Below are positions 12,905 to 26,482 of a stretch of DNA of 64,000 bases, one piece after another; position 1 is the first letter of the stretch; every line of letters begins with the position of its first letter. Origin of the DNA: Pocillopora damicornis (Eukaryota). Both the position numbers and the translations under genes were made by a program. The notes under the pieces were generated by a model. The model saw nothing but the letters and a program-made list of their open reading frames with translations, did no database searches and had not been told where the DNA came from. Location: contig NW_020845647.1 of assembly GCF_003704095.1 (NCBI RefSeq), positions 434,001 through 498,000 on the forward strand. Direction: 5' to 3'.

Positions 12905-13843
12905 TCAAAGTTGTTCCTGGTCCCTCTCAAGTGGAGCTTCTTCGCGAAGAAGACTTCGTTTTCCGTTTGCCATGTTACACGGACGGACTTTGTCACAGTA
13001 TGCCTTTATAAAATCCTCCTGGTTAAAACAATAATTGATGTAAGTATATATACCACATAGATATTTAATGCTTTTAGAGGGCACTGATTGGCTAGCTAGC
13101 TCGGAGGTTCGGATCCAAGCCGGCGAGATATTCGTCAGTTTCGTTTTTGTCCATATGTGCGAATTTGCCAGAAATAAAGTAAATTTTAGTCCGTTGTTTA
13201 TTCAGGGGAATCTGACAGAAAACTATACCTCTTCACTTTGGCGAACAATTTCCTAACTAAAAAATATGAGAAGAAAAAATTCGATGAATCTCGACAACGG
13301 TCAGGATGTTGATCGACATTATTTAATCAGAGATTTTAAAGTTCTTATAATTTTCCAAGCCATGGGAATGCTTATATTCTTTTTTATCGAATGGGCAGGA
13401 ACTATTTCATTCTGTAAAAAACCTGAATGAACTCTTTGTCCACAAGCGTTTTCTACGACCCATGAGCCATGATAAAATGATAATTTTCAATAAAAATATG
13501 CATCCAGCTAAATTGAAACTCGCGGCTTCCTAATGTCTCCCAAGTTACCCAAAAGGTTAAAAATGGTGCGCGTTCAACTTAGCAATTCCTCTTTGCTTGC
13601 ATAAAATGCAATAAATGCTTCATATGTTTGCTCGCAAAGACGAAACAAGCGAAATAGAATGAGTACTGCGCTGTTGAAGATAAAAGTTTAACGTCTTACC
13701 TGTTGATCACTGAATTTTCGCGCCAGTTTTCGTCTTGGGCACACGTGTGCAGGACAATTCATGTTGGGTGTGAATGTTCTTCCCCAGCTTACAAAAGACA
13801 ATAAAACTAGCGCTAGAAACATCAAGGAAAATGTGCTATTCAT
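12905..13843 (-). CDS. Secreted peptide precursor C (exons 13843-13700, 13018-12905; 85 aa)
   Basis: MNSTFSLMFLALVLLSFVSWGRT/FTPNMNCPAHVCP-RRK-LARKFSDQQ|EDFIKAYCDKVRPCNMAN-GKR-SLLREEAPLERDQEQL*. Donor CAG|GTAAGA, acceptor TTTTAACCAG, phase 0. TATAAA at 13935-13930. Not in the ORF track. Confidence 0.88.
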
Positions 13844-15401
13844 ATTTCCAAATCAAAAGGAGATTCCAATCGAGCAGTAACTGAGAACAGTTGGTTTGTG
13901 TTGCATTCTCTTTGACGAGAACACGATCATTTATATCTGCGATTTTCAGGAGAATCATGACTTAATGAGCGTCTTTGTATAAGTGCGTGGCGTCGGGCAG
14001 TGAGATAAAATGCTGCTCTAATGGATGAATTGCGATAGGATCAATTAGTGAACAAAAGACAAATGAAAAGTTCCTTAGTACTGTAATCATCCTGTAGTTT
14101 TTTCCCACTCCTAGCATTACTCAGCAGAAAAATAATATCACTTCCTTTACACTGGCACGTGCATCGATCAGGGAAGTGTCCTCGAGGTTTCTTTACGATT
14201 TTTGTCCATTATGAGTGTAATTATGACAGTCAAGAGGAAAATTGTTCTTTATCTAAATTATGCAATAGAACAGATGGCTTGTCAGATCAGAGACTCAGCT
14301 GTGATTTAAGAATTCAGATTTACTCGTAGGTGTAGTGAGTGGACACATTCTCCTGACTTCCGGCGTTGCGCAGATTTCTTCATCAAATAATGACCTTTTT
14401 AGTCATTAAGCTATCAAATAACACCTTAGTATGAAAACGCTTATCACTGATTGCAACAGCACTCAATTTTAATCACAATGTCTACAACTATTGGTATATC
14501 TGTATTACTGGCGATCGAGATAAGGCCACTATAAAATTTTATTTGATCAGATGAAACTGCGCTGACTATAGTGAAACTAAAATAGGAGTTTTGAATGAAA
14601 GACAACTGTTTGGCTGCTTGTGTAGAGATTATTTGCAAGGTAATCCTCATTAGATCGCGTGGTAACTTAATCCTCTCTTGGTTTTCAGCCACCTCATCGA
14701 AGAAAAATTTTATGATTACTGTGAAAGAGCACTTTGGTACTCCAGTAAGTTTATAAACATTCCACTCAAATGGACTGCACGTAACAGGATTAAAAGGTTA
14801 AACCGGCCGGGAGGAGGAAAAAACTGAATAAGCAGTTAGGGTGGAACGCAAGCACTGGAAAAAAACAAAATAAAATATTTGAAAAATGTATGATCTATAA
14901 AAAGGCTCTTAAACAATAGATATGAAAACCATTTTGAGAAATAGAACTGCATTTTTATTCGATACTATGTTAATGAAGTCTACACAATTCAGTATCTCGG
15001 ATTTAAGATTGAAGACCCAAATATACACGTAATATTTTAATTTAATCTTATATCTAAATTTAGTTGGAATACATATTTATGTTCCTCTAGCTAATATCGT
15101 AATAATCTTTGCAAGTGGCTAAGGTGGCGAGCGAGCTCTGATAAAAAGAGGTAAAATATTTAAAAATGTTTAATCCATGTAAGGCTTTGATAAACTTATT
15201 TTCGTGAATGGAATTGATATTTTACGCGATACTATGTTGATGAAGTCCTAAAAATAATTCCAAGTCTTCACAATTTATTATCTAAGGTTTATAATTACAG
15301 AAATATATATTCATATAATCTTTCCATGGGTTACGGAAAATATGCGGTCGTCTAAACAATTTTTTTTAAATTACTCTGGCTATGTCATATTGGCTTCCAA
15401 G

Positions 15402-16267
15402 TCAGAAACGTTCCTGGTCCCTCTCCAGTACAGCTTCCTGCCGTGGAAGAGTTCGTTTTCCGTTTACCCCAGGACATGGACGAACTTTGTCACAATATGC
15501 CTTTATAAAATCCTGCTGGTTAAAACATTATCGAAATGAGTCTAAACCATATGGAGAATAGTACTTTTAGAGCGTGCTGATTGGTCAGCCAGTTCGGAGG
15601 CTCCAAGCGGCTGATGAATTACTTACTACTTATTTAGGTACGCTCGTTATTCAGCGTGCCTGATTTTTGACACAACAGTCATTTACCTCCCCTTCGGTGA
15701 ATAATTTCTCAACTAAGCAAGGAAAAAAAGTTCGATAAACCACGGGTTCGGTAAAGATCTTGATCGATACACTGTTATCAGCCGTGAAAGAGATTTTAGA
15801 GAGCTGTTTGACAAGCTATGGGTACTGGGTTCTAGTTGGCATAAATATTTATCAAATGGACAAGAACTACACATTTCACTCTGTAAAAAAATTAATGTAC
15901 TCTCTGTCAGCATGGACGGGTGTTTTCCACCGCGTATGAGTGATGAAGGAATGATAAAATTGAGTTCATGATCTTCATTCAGCCAAATTGAAACTGACTG
16001 TTACTAAATTGGATAAGAAAAATTTCCATTGATCAAAACAGAAAACAATGAACTTAGCACATCCTCTTGGGTTACATAAAAACATATTTTTGGACTGCTG
16101 AGGATGCATTACTAATGAATTACCTGTTGATCGCTGTATTTTCGTACCACCTGACGTTTCTTGCACTCAGCTATATGACATCCCGCACCGGGTGTGAATG
16201 TGCTTCCCAGGCATACAAAAGATAATAAAACTAGAGCTAAAAGCATCCAAAGAAATGTGCTATTCAT
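15402..16267 (-). CDS. Secreted peptide precursor D (exons 16267-16124, 15515-15402; 85 aa)
   Basis: MNSTFLWMLLALVLLSFVCLGST/FTPGAGCHIAEC-KKR-QVVRKYSDQQ|QDFIKAYCDKVRPCPGVN-GKR-TLPRQEAVLERDQERF*. Same exon lengths as C (144+114 nt). TATAAA at 16367-16362. Confidence 0.88.
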
Positions 16268-19200
16268 ATTTCCAAATCAAAAAGAGATTTAAATCGAGCC
16301 CTAACTGAGAACAATCGGTTTGCTGGAGTGAGTTGTGTTTACTTGTAAAAGAACACGGTCCTTTATACCTGCGATTGTCAGGATGAGCGTCTCTGTACAA
16401 ATGCCTGGCGTCGGACGTTGAGATAAAATTCTGCACTAATGGTGAATGGCGATAGGATCAATTAGAGAACAAAAGGCAAATGAAAATTTTTAGTATTGCA
16501 GACTTCCTGTAGTTGTTTTATGCCCACTCCTGAATATTGCTTAACAGAATAATAATATCACTTCCTTTACGTCGGTACGTGCATCCCCCCAAAAATATTA
16601 ACATGACGATAACTTCGTTCAGATAAATGCTTCAGATAAGTTAGTTTCAAAGAGAACAAAATCATAAAAACTAGCAGTCTTCGCAGAATAATTTACTAAC
16701 TGTGCAGTGTTTTATTTTTACCATAACTGAAAAACTCTTTTGCTATCAAAGCTAAGATGCAATTTTTTTCTAGCACCCTGGGGTTGAGAGACGTATTTCA
16801 CTGGCGTTCTCTTTTAAAAGTTTCCCTCAGGATTTTACAACTTTATTTAATATCAACACGTTTCTGCCGTAAAAAGCTCAACAAACTCTTCATGAATTCT
16901 TGATAGCGTAAGTTCTTAATCGCAATGAAGAAAGAAAAACCGAGAATTCATACAAACGGAATTTTATCGCACACGAACCGCGTTAAGGACTGTGAATTAA
17001 AGAAAGTTGACCGAAGTTATCAAGAGTGAGACTAAATTAGCGAAATGGAAAGTAACAGTGAACAAATGAAATTTTAAAATGAACACAAATTTACCTAAAC
17101 GCATGAAAAAAACAGTACAAATCTCCAAAAGCTCTAAAACACCATTTTCATTTATTTTCCATTAAGTTGGTGCAAACTTGTACCTTGATAATTAATCATG
17201 AAAACGTCTGAGAAAATTTGGTTTGTTCGTTGTTCGCTGAGAAAAAAATGTAGAATCACATCGAACCAGCTAAAAGTTCAGTGTTTGTCAACTGGAGAAT
17301 TAGTTGACTTAAAAGGGAAACCCAAAACATCAAAACAATTTTCAAGACCTCAATAACTTTGAAGATATATTTTTTGCAGGTCTGACCGAAAAGTTATTGA
17401 TACTGAGAATAGTTGAAAACGTACTGCAGAGAACACAGGAACAAAGTTCAGGTGCTTAAAATAACCGAGGTCACTCTTTAAATCTCTCGAAAAATGCTTT
17501 CCCTTTCCTTAATTCGAAAGGAAATAAATTCAGGAAGACATTAATTTATCGCACAAGCCGAAGGGAAGCGACAGGAACTAAGGATTTTAATTCGCGTTAG
17601 TACTTGTTTGATCAAGATAAATACTTGAAAACTGAGCGCGACACTTTGTCAAAGGACGTGGGATTGACCTTCAGATGATGGATATTGGTTCGTAAAATTG
17701 ATTTCTTTTTCCTTCTTATTTTGAACATGAAGATAGACATCATTTCCTTCTTTTCCAGTGCAATATGCTCCATATCCAACAGCAACAGCCAAAATAACTA
17801 TCGGCCTTTTTAATCGCTGTAAATTGAACAACAGTCTGGGAACCGTGAGCTCTTGAACAAAACTTGGTCACACGCAGTGCCGTTTGAATCAACGTGCTCC
17901 CTATAAACCATATATTCTTTAAGCCGCTTTTTACCTTCAAAGCGAAACAGAATGACCTATTCCTTCTGTCGATAAAGTCATCCTAATGAAAGCACAATGA
18001 ACGTATACAACTTCGCTTCCACGTGCTTATTGTCACTCTCGATGCCTACATTTGCTATTTCAGAGTGACATCCACTCACATATCATGTGTTTACAATAAT
18101 CACTCTTAACCCTAATTCTTTGTCATGTTTAATTTAGCATATCATGAGTGCCTCACGTTATTTTGCGTCTTGTCATACTTCATTTATTATCGCTTCTAAG
18201 GTGTATTTCATCTTTGGTTGCATCCTTCTTTTTTATCCCATGAGGTTAGAGTTCATTATAAGAAAAAATTTAACCGCACAGATAGAAAAAGCACATGTCC
18301 GAGGTTACATCTAATTCCTATGGAATATACCCCCTGGAATTTCATCAAATTTGAAGTTAATTTTTCTTGGCTGAAAAAAAAAACACCTGGAAAAACGTAT
18401 CTTTAATACACTATGAAATTAAGGTTCTAGTGCACATTCACGTGTTGGGAAGCTTTTGGTTATGTTGCGTAACACAGGAGTCAATAATTCCTTCCTTTTT
18501 CTTTTAAATTTGGTGATACGGCCAACCTGTTAATGAGACTGAACAATCAGAAACACAAACGAAGGAATTTTTTGTAAAAGTTGTTGTCTTGTTGATACAA
18601 AGCGATGACAATTCAATTTAGTTATTAAGTGAGCGGGCACTAGGTGACATTTGTGTTGATGCTGGTATATTTGCCTTTAGTAAAAGTATACATTCACCCT
18701 TGACCTTATTCTAGTGGATTTCTCGTCAATCCTGAGCAAGGCTTTCCCAAAAAAATTTTCCTTCAAAAGGAAACTGTATTGAGCTCGCATGAAAGCTGTG
18801 ACAAGACGCAAAATTATCTGTCTCGTTCATAGATTATTCATTCCATGTCAGGCACGTCAGTGCGTGAGATTATCCGCCTGTCGAGCAGCTCAAACCATAT
18901 CTGTCCCACTCAAGCGGGTAACTTCTTTGTTCTTCGCAGCCAAGGTTTATTCATTTATACCTCTTTATAGGAATATTTATTTCTGTAATTACTTATTTTG
19001 GCATGTGGGGATTTTTTTATCTCAAACAGGGTAAGTGTATGGCTACAAGACCGCACTCTGCTAAATAGACGTTGTTCTGAAGTGGGTATATTTCAGTTCG
19101 GTTTAAGAAACACCAAGCTCAGTTAGGTCTATGAAAATTCATAGGACAAAACATAATAATTTAAATTCAATTGAAAATTATGATTAAGTGTAGACATGAA

Positions 19201-22200
19201 GTTGAATGAAATAAATTTCGTCGCGACCTTGCTAATGATCATGTCGGGTAGTAAATTAGTTAGGAATTTGTGTAATCTAGACGCAAACCTTGGAGTGTTT
19301 TGGACAGTTTTCATACACATGTTAAGAGAAAATTTCATTTGTTTGTAAATTTTTTCATGTCAAAGGAATTTGAAAAGCACGTTGAAATTGTTATATTGAT
19401 GCCCACATTTGAAAAAATTTCCATTCTCGCTATCACCTTAGAGCCTGACAGAAAAATATGCCTCCTGAGGTAGGAAATTTGAATTGAACACGATCCGTGG
19501 TTGCATCGGTGCTATACAAATAACCTTTGAAAATAAAGGGAATCAGTTTTTTTTTCGGTTCTTGTCCAACATTCAGACAGCCAAGACACAACAGGTGATG
19601 CTCTGATCAATTTTAATTTCAACTCATAATGCGATTGGATACTACGATTTATGAGCTCGGGGAAACGACAAGGGAATAGGGTTGGGGGCAAATTTATCTG
19701 ATTCAGCTGATTTTAATTGAAAGAGGAATACTGGCCACTGTTTGAGGACTGGCAACTAAGCTCAGGTTACAAGAAAAACATTGCATTTTTCCCAGCTATC
19801 TGTCGATAGATATGTAGGCACGGTATATTTCAATGCAAGGAGTTAAAGGATTCAACGCCTACCACAGGAATTTCTTCTAACGACAATGTTTGGATCTTTA
19901 ACAGGTTGTCACCGTTTTTTCAAATTAAAACAAATTTTCATAACTTGTTCAAGTTTGGAACTCTCCATCCCGGTTAATTCTCTCGTTTACAGTTTTATAT
20001 TCAATTTTGATCGTTATCGATCTGCAAGCAACAGCTTAACTAAAAGTTGTGGCTTCCGTCAATTTTGGGGGAATTTTTTCGTATCTCAAGCAAAGAACAA
20101 TTTTAAATGAACGAAGACACTTCGGGAAGTTTCCGTTATGGCTGCAACCATGACTTGGGGACTTAACATGTCAATTTTTGCAGGGGAGAAAAGAATAAAA
20201 TCCTGTCACATGATCCGCAGTCGTCTTCCTCGAGATCTTCTCTTTCTCCTTATCATCGTATTTTCTAAAACTTGCTTTTTTTACAGTAAGCTAAGACTTT
20301 GCCATAGGTAAAATCAAGAGATTAAACAAAATTTTTAAAAAGTTCTCAATGTTCTAGTTTTTTTGTGTTTTTTTTTTTTTAAACTGGTGAAAAGTGTGAC
20401 TCTGTGTTTATCTTTATGAGAATCTAAACGACAGTTTTTCGAGAAATAGCCGGGAAAAGCTTTGTGACTAGCATAACACCGTTTAATCATAACCTCGCCA
20501 AGTACAATATAACTAGACTGTGATCATATATTAACGGTGGAACATGCGACAAGTCGCGTACATACCTCAAGGCTAGTTTCCATTAGGTGTAACTAGTGCG
20601 TTATTTTCCGGAAAATACTGCCTCAGACAAATGGTCTTACCGATTTAAATTCACTTTACATATCTATTTCCGCAAAGCTAAGCAGAAAGATTTACTTCAT
20701 ATTTCCAAAGTTTTAGGAGGTGCAGGAGATAAATGATCGCGTAGTTTTCGCAAATCCCTTGTGGCCTCAGTAAAAGGTTCTATTTCCTGCAGCATATTCC
20801 CTCTTTGTTCAATTAGATGATAAACACATTATAAATATCCTTTGCATTTAAGGTACAATTGCGTAATAAGCTCTCTTATCCCCTTGGAGTCTCCAAAAAA
20901 AAAATTAAGCACATGTTCATCTTTTTTTTTAAAAAAAACCCCTCCCGCTGATCTCACAAATAATTTCGCTGAAACGTGTCATATTTCACAATTTTACGCT
21001 AAGTATGGAAACTCGATAACGCTAGCCTTTCAAAATACATAGACTTAAAAAACACAGCACAAAGCTTTCATTAAGAGATAAGGGCGCTTTTTTTAGCTTT
21101 ACTTTTGCCGGATCTGAACGAAATTAGAAAATTCAGCGACCGGAGATACGTGTGTGCTTAAATACAACGGTTGATGTTGTTTTTCAAAATTTGAAAAACA
21201 TATTTAATGTGCGGTAAACCAATATGAGACTATGACAAAGAAGAACATGGGTTTTTCGCTTGAGCGCTCGGGATGTAAAATAATCATTGAATTAAAGCCT
21301 TCCTTACACTGGCCCCAACATCTTTTTTTCTTTTACCACGAAAGCCTCTTTCCGTACCAGTGATTTTTTCGCCGAAGAATCTTTATTTTTACAACTGAGG
21401 ACTGAACCAACTAGAAATATCGCCAGTGATTGTAAATTTGTCTTACATTGAACTTATTTCGTGTTAAATTTTCGGAGAACGTTTTCTTCTATTGCTCTCA
21501 AACGGTGCAAGGCATCTTAAAAATGAAATGATTTATAATTGGTGTTCAGTTGATAGCTTTGCACCGTAACTTTCTCCTTGAAGTGATGTTTTAAATAATC
21601 GTCGTTGGGGAAAGCTTAATTTCTTGTTTGGGTCGGATGAATAAGCCGGTGAATCAGAAGATAAACAACATTAATACTTCGAAACGCACATCACAAAAAC
21701 AACACAGGATAACTGATTAACAGAAAAAAAAAAAAAAAACCTGTCTTGCAAATTTGCCGATTTTCTTGATATCGTTCTGTTGGCCATTCAGTGCCTTATA
21801 GAGTCTATCGGCTGCACAGAACTTGTTTTACCAGGCATTGCTACGTTTCGTGAAACACAACGAGATAAAAGCCTTAATCTGGCTGATTCGTTTTCTAATT
21901 AATGTTTTCATCGCCTAAGTTCCTTTCCTTCTTAAAGGAAGCGTTGCAATATTAACAGCAGGAAGAAAACAACAGGAAGAACCGGCCATGATGAATCTTG
22001 AACAGAGCGCGGAGACTCTTAGCGAGATAAAACGCTTCCTTAACAAGAATTAAGTTCAGCTGTAATCACCTGTTCATTTATGATTTAAATTTTGGAATCA
22101 AGTGAATAAAAGGCGGTCATTCAGTGCAATGAAGACATCAAAGACCATAAAATAACCTCTGATCAGACTTCTCGGTACGATCGGTTGGCTAAGGCAGAAT

Positions 22201-24769
22201 GAACACCAAATTTTCGTGGATTCTTGTGGCTCTTCTTTTAAGTTCGTTTGTATGTTGGAGTAGCACATTTGCGCCGGGCCAGCATAACCCAAAGATGCGT
22301 TATGGAAAACGACATTTTGTCCCACAATCCAACCGTGCAAATGTAAGTTGATTAATAGCAATGCATGTCGAATCATTTCTTCCAGGACTGTTTTTCACTT
22401 TCAAAATAATTTTTTTTCCCTCTGATTTACATGGAAAGGTCCGCTCTCTTTAGTTTTTTTTTTTTCCTTGCTTGTTTTCAGTTTCCATATTTGTTTGCAT
22501 TACAGGAATACCTCCCTCGAGCATGGCTGAAAAAGTCCGTTGAAGATACTGCAAAAAAGCAGTTCAAGGCACGGCTTGAATGAGGCACGTCATCGGGCGG
22601 AGTTCAGCAATCAGTTATCGAGTTTAAAAAATTGGGTGAACGATTTAGGTCTTACATATTTCTTTTAGAGTTATTTTAACGAATTTATTGCGTAAGGTAT
22701 GAATTATTTTTGTAATCAAACAGTTATAATTAAAAGATAAACCCTGTAAGGCTGACATGGATCTGATGACATAATCATTCACTCATATCTCTATTTCAAG
22801 TGACATCGTCATTAGATTTAATTAGCTTTGATGTAAAAGAAGCAAGAACTTAACGGAATGTTACCTCCGTAAACTAAAAGTATGATTATTGTAATTCTGA
22901 AAAATGACTTTCTCAAATATTAAAGGTCATGTTAAAAAAAATACTCTTTAATAGACACAGTTAGAGCTTAACTCAACAGGGTGATTTTGTTTTACGACTA
23001 GACTCTCACTCAACAAAACGAGTACTGTGATTGGTCGATTCGTCTCGGGAAACACCAGGACTCGAGGGAAAACAAGTGTGCCCTCCCTTAAGTACTTTGT
23101 TATATATTTAGGGACCATACATTAAGTGAATATTGGTTCGACTGTACAAAGTACAGAAAGTTTAACACCAAGCTATTACGCTCCCTATACAACTTGTTGC
23201 CCAATTGAGCGGCGGTTTTGTTTTAAGAATGATTCCGTTTGGACTGCACCGTGATTGGGAGAAAAGTATTCATCCTTACAATAAAAATAACATTATTTAC
23301 AATAACAAATCATTATGATGAAAACAATAATAATGATAAAGTTAAAATTTGACTGAAAAATTATGTTATTAGGACTGAATCAAGAATAAGATCAAAAAGT
23401 AATTTGGCGAATAAATTGAAATTACGAAGACAACCTAACTTAAATTGCACGTAATTAACGGAATGAGGTTGATTACATTTCGTTCATTTACCAATTAATC
23501 ATGTCAATTCCAGAATTCAAGTTAAACTTATCAAAACGATATTCGATGTAGGTACACAATTTTTGTGTTGTGACGTTCGTGAATAGATCGCACCAATAAG
23601 AGCCAATCAGATTGCATCGTCATTTGCTCTGACGAAGGGTTAACGTTCTAAGCGTCCGCTTTGAAACACTTGGCCAATTTACGTCATTAACTCAGTTAGT
23701 AATACCAAATTACCCTGCTATACTCTCTCACCGACGAAGCACCACTGACAGTTTCTTTAGAATCTGAATTACCCCCTCTAACCTCTTGTGTTATAAGTTT
23801 ATTGTTTAATCTTATTTATTGGTACACTTCAGCTGTCCGACTGTTTCTGTTGTGTATCTAATTTACTAGATCCAGAAAACAGTAGAAACTTAATTAAGAC
23901 ACAAGATAGCAGTACACATTTGTAAACTCAAACCTGAAGCACAAACAAAATATGGAAACCGATCAAGTAGCATTCGTCTACAAGAAACCCAAACGGGAAA
24001 ATTTGACAATTTCCTTTCGTTTTAAATCAGTAGTTCCAAACAGCATGTTAAAAGGGCAGGAAAACAGCAGATTTTTACCAGTTTATTCTATCATTCTGGT
24101 TTTAAACCCGAAGATTGATAATTATTGGTTAGCATGAAATAGATAATTGCTAGGAAGATTTCCTTCTTTGTCACATCGATTTTGAAATATCTGCTGATCC
24201 TTGCAATCTGATTGGCCCTCGTCGATGCGATTTATTCACGAATCGCGCCATTTTTTGCTATAAATCTCATCTTATTCCCAGGCAATGAAAAAACTTTACA
24301 AAGCACAGCAACCAATCATTTCAAAGCTTGTGTAAAGAAACTAATCAAATTGCAGGAAAATCAGACACAACTTTTGCAACATTTTAACAACCAGCTTAGT
24401 AATGGCTTAATAAAGTATAGATATCTATAGACATAAGATACTGTTTTTGACCGACTGTGTTTTTTCCATTTCAAATGGATCATGGTAATAGAGTGGCAAT
24501 TGATCTTCGTATCAAACTCGAGCTCTTAGACCTTATTGCACTCCATTCAGTTCAGTTATTATCATTGATTTCTATTCGCTTTTTAACCTTCCGATTTGGC
24601 ATGTCTTGTTACAAGCAGATACAAAATTCATTCACCGTGAAAGGTGAGTGACGCAAAAAAACACCCAAAAAAGTTATCATGATTTTACAAGTAGACTGTT
24701 AGGGCTTTTCTCAGGGCTAGATATCCTCGTAAAACATCGCAGTTTACATAATAAGTATAGGTAAACAAC

Positions 24770-25215
24770 GTGATTTCGAGTACAAATTTGTGTTAATTAG
24801 TACGGGTAAATTTTTCAAAGACAACAAAATTGCACGAGCCCGTGAGGCGAATGCAATTTGTAGTCTAAGAAAAATTTACAAATGCTTGTATACACCAAAT
24901 TGCACGAGAAATCATATAGCTACTTGTTAATAATTACAAGAAAAACACATCACAGAAAGTCTAGACGGATGAAATTTTGGCATCGTGCGCGCCATTTGTA
25001 ACTTGCACTCGTGTTGCAACTTTGCACTCATGTTTCATAAAAAATGCACTCGTTTTCAGCCAATCATGTATATTTTTAAAGCATTAATACATACGCGAGT
25101 AGATATGGAATTTCTCTCCGAGTGTTCACTCACTCGATCGCTGCGCTCAATCTTCAGAAATGTGGAGTTGCACCTTTAAAGAGAAATATCTACGAACGCC
25201 CATGTATAATTCAAT
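24770..25215. repeat. Palindromic interspersed repeat fragments
   Basis: Nested inverted repeats (GTGATTTCGAGTACAAATTTG vs CAAATTGCACGAGAAATCAT; AAATTTTTCAAAGACAACAAAATTGCA vs TGCAATTTGTAGTCTAAGAAAAATTT). Confidence 0.6.
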
Positions 25216-26149
25216 ATCAATTACATCTGGCACTGAGCGCAGCTTGACACCACAACTAGTGACGCTTAACAGAAGACCCCACTTCATTCAAAACCAATGA
25301 CTGAATTGAATATTTCAGTCATTTCGCATTGAAATCACCTAGAGCACTTTCATTCATTTGTTCATGTTTGCGTGTAAGCTATCTTCACTCTCGTCAGTTG
25401 CTAGGTGTAAGGATTGATAGGGCAAAAATATTAACGACTTCCAACAACATTGTTTCCTATCACGCAGATTATCGAATCTATAATAAAAAGCTTAAAGTAA
25501 TTAAATATCACAGTCCTAATATTTCATTGCAAGCGCTGAAAATGTCAAAGACTCTTTTTAAGATGGTAAATCGCTCATTTCATTGGTATTGTGAATGCTG
25601 TTGGTGTGGTCAAGAAACAGAAATCGGTTGAAAAGACTCGGTGTTTTTGCTTAGACTTTTAATTATCCCTAGGCCGTTTGCAAAACAAATACATCCCCTC
25701 CAGCAAAGATTATATTCAAACATTTGTAAGAAGATTTCCAAACGTAACAAAGTGCCATGATGATGATGCCTTGAGTAGGTAAGGATTCGGGATTTCATCT
25801 CGCTACTTTTCGATCGGAGAAGGTTTGGACAAGGATTTTATTAGCGTGTAGATCAAACGGTATGTAATTTACAAAGGAAAATAAGAAATTATCTGAGTTG
25901 AGGGTTCAGTTCATTAGAAACATAAACATCATTGAGAGAATAAAGCAAAGATAACGGTTTGACCGTTAAAGAGATGAAAAACGCTTCACAGCAAAAACAT
26001 ATCACTAAGCGGAGAGAATTATCCTTAAATTCACATTTGCCATGAATCATTTGACGAGGTAAAACGGAGAGTAAAAATTTTTTTACAGTGATTCAAACTG
26101 AAACAACAGTTTTAATGAAAGGATGTTGGGCGACATGCAGCCCACAATT

Positions 26150-26270
26150 TTCGGAAGCGGAAAAACTTTTTCTTTGTCTCATAAAAGTCACAACAACAAC
26201 TGCAGAAGCGATAAAGGTAATTTGAAATTCACCTATTGAAAACCACTGTTCTTCTGAGCATAAAGGGCGA
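26150..26270 (+). promoter_or_regulatory. Conserved proximal promoter of E
   Basis: Blocks CGGAAGCGGAAA, AAAAGTCACAAC, TTTGAAATTCA and GCATAAA are shared in the same order with 30388-30525. Confidence 0.7.
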
Positions 26271-26365
26271 AGTTTAATTGAGCTGTATTCTGTACTAAAC
26301 TGGATCAGTGCATCATCTCAGAGACAACCTCTGATTCGTGAACTCTAACTCAAACGATAAACGAC

Positions 26366-26482
26366 ATGAATTCAAAAATGGCTGTCTTGATTTTAGTCAT
26401 TATATCAGCTGCCTTTTTATGCCAGAAAAGTGATGCTTTCGCCGCTGGCTTAGGGAACATGAAAAAAAGAGAATCGAGGGAG
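26366..26482 (+). CDS. Secreted peptide precursor E, first coding exon (second exon unresolved)
   Basis: MNSKMAVLILVIISAAFLCQKSDA/FAAGLGNM-KKR-ESRE, then a perfect donor GAG|GTAAGT, phase 0. Upstream region is homologous to that of F. No private Cys exon was found. Options are the shared exon at 33976-34125 or a short exon at 27158-27178 (VFLDEF*). Confidence 0.85.

Larger units (their letters stand above)
12890..16585 (-). repeat. Tandem duplication carrying genes C and D (~12890-14165 and ~15390-16585)
   Basis: Exons, intron and ~320 bp of upstream sequence are alignable, ending at AATAATATCACTTCCTTTAC..ACGTGCATC. More diverged than A/B. Confidence 0.9.

Noticed and set aside
12956-12985. 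CNM..GKR in gene C suggesting insect CNMamide; FVP in A/B suggesting motilin
   Set aside because: CNM is not terminal and is not conserved in D (CPG). Three-residue matches are not evidence of homology.
17649-17831. 60-aa minus-strand ORF with a hydrophobic stretch
   Set aside because: Non-ATG start, no Phe-initiated peptide, no family similarity.
25610-25798. Minus-strand ORF containing FANGLGIIK, similar to FAAGLGNMK
   Set aside because: No proper signal peptide, basic site or donor at the expected spacing; likely chance.
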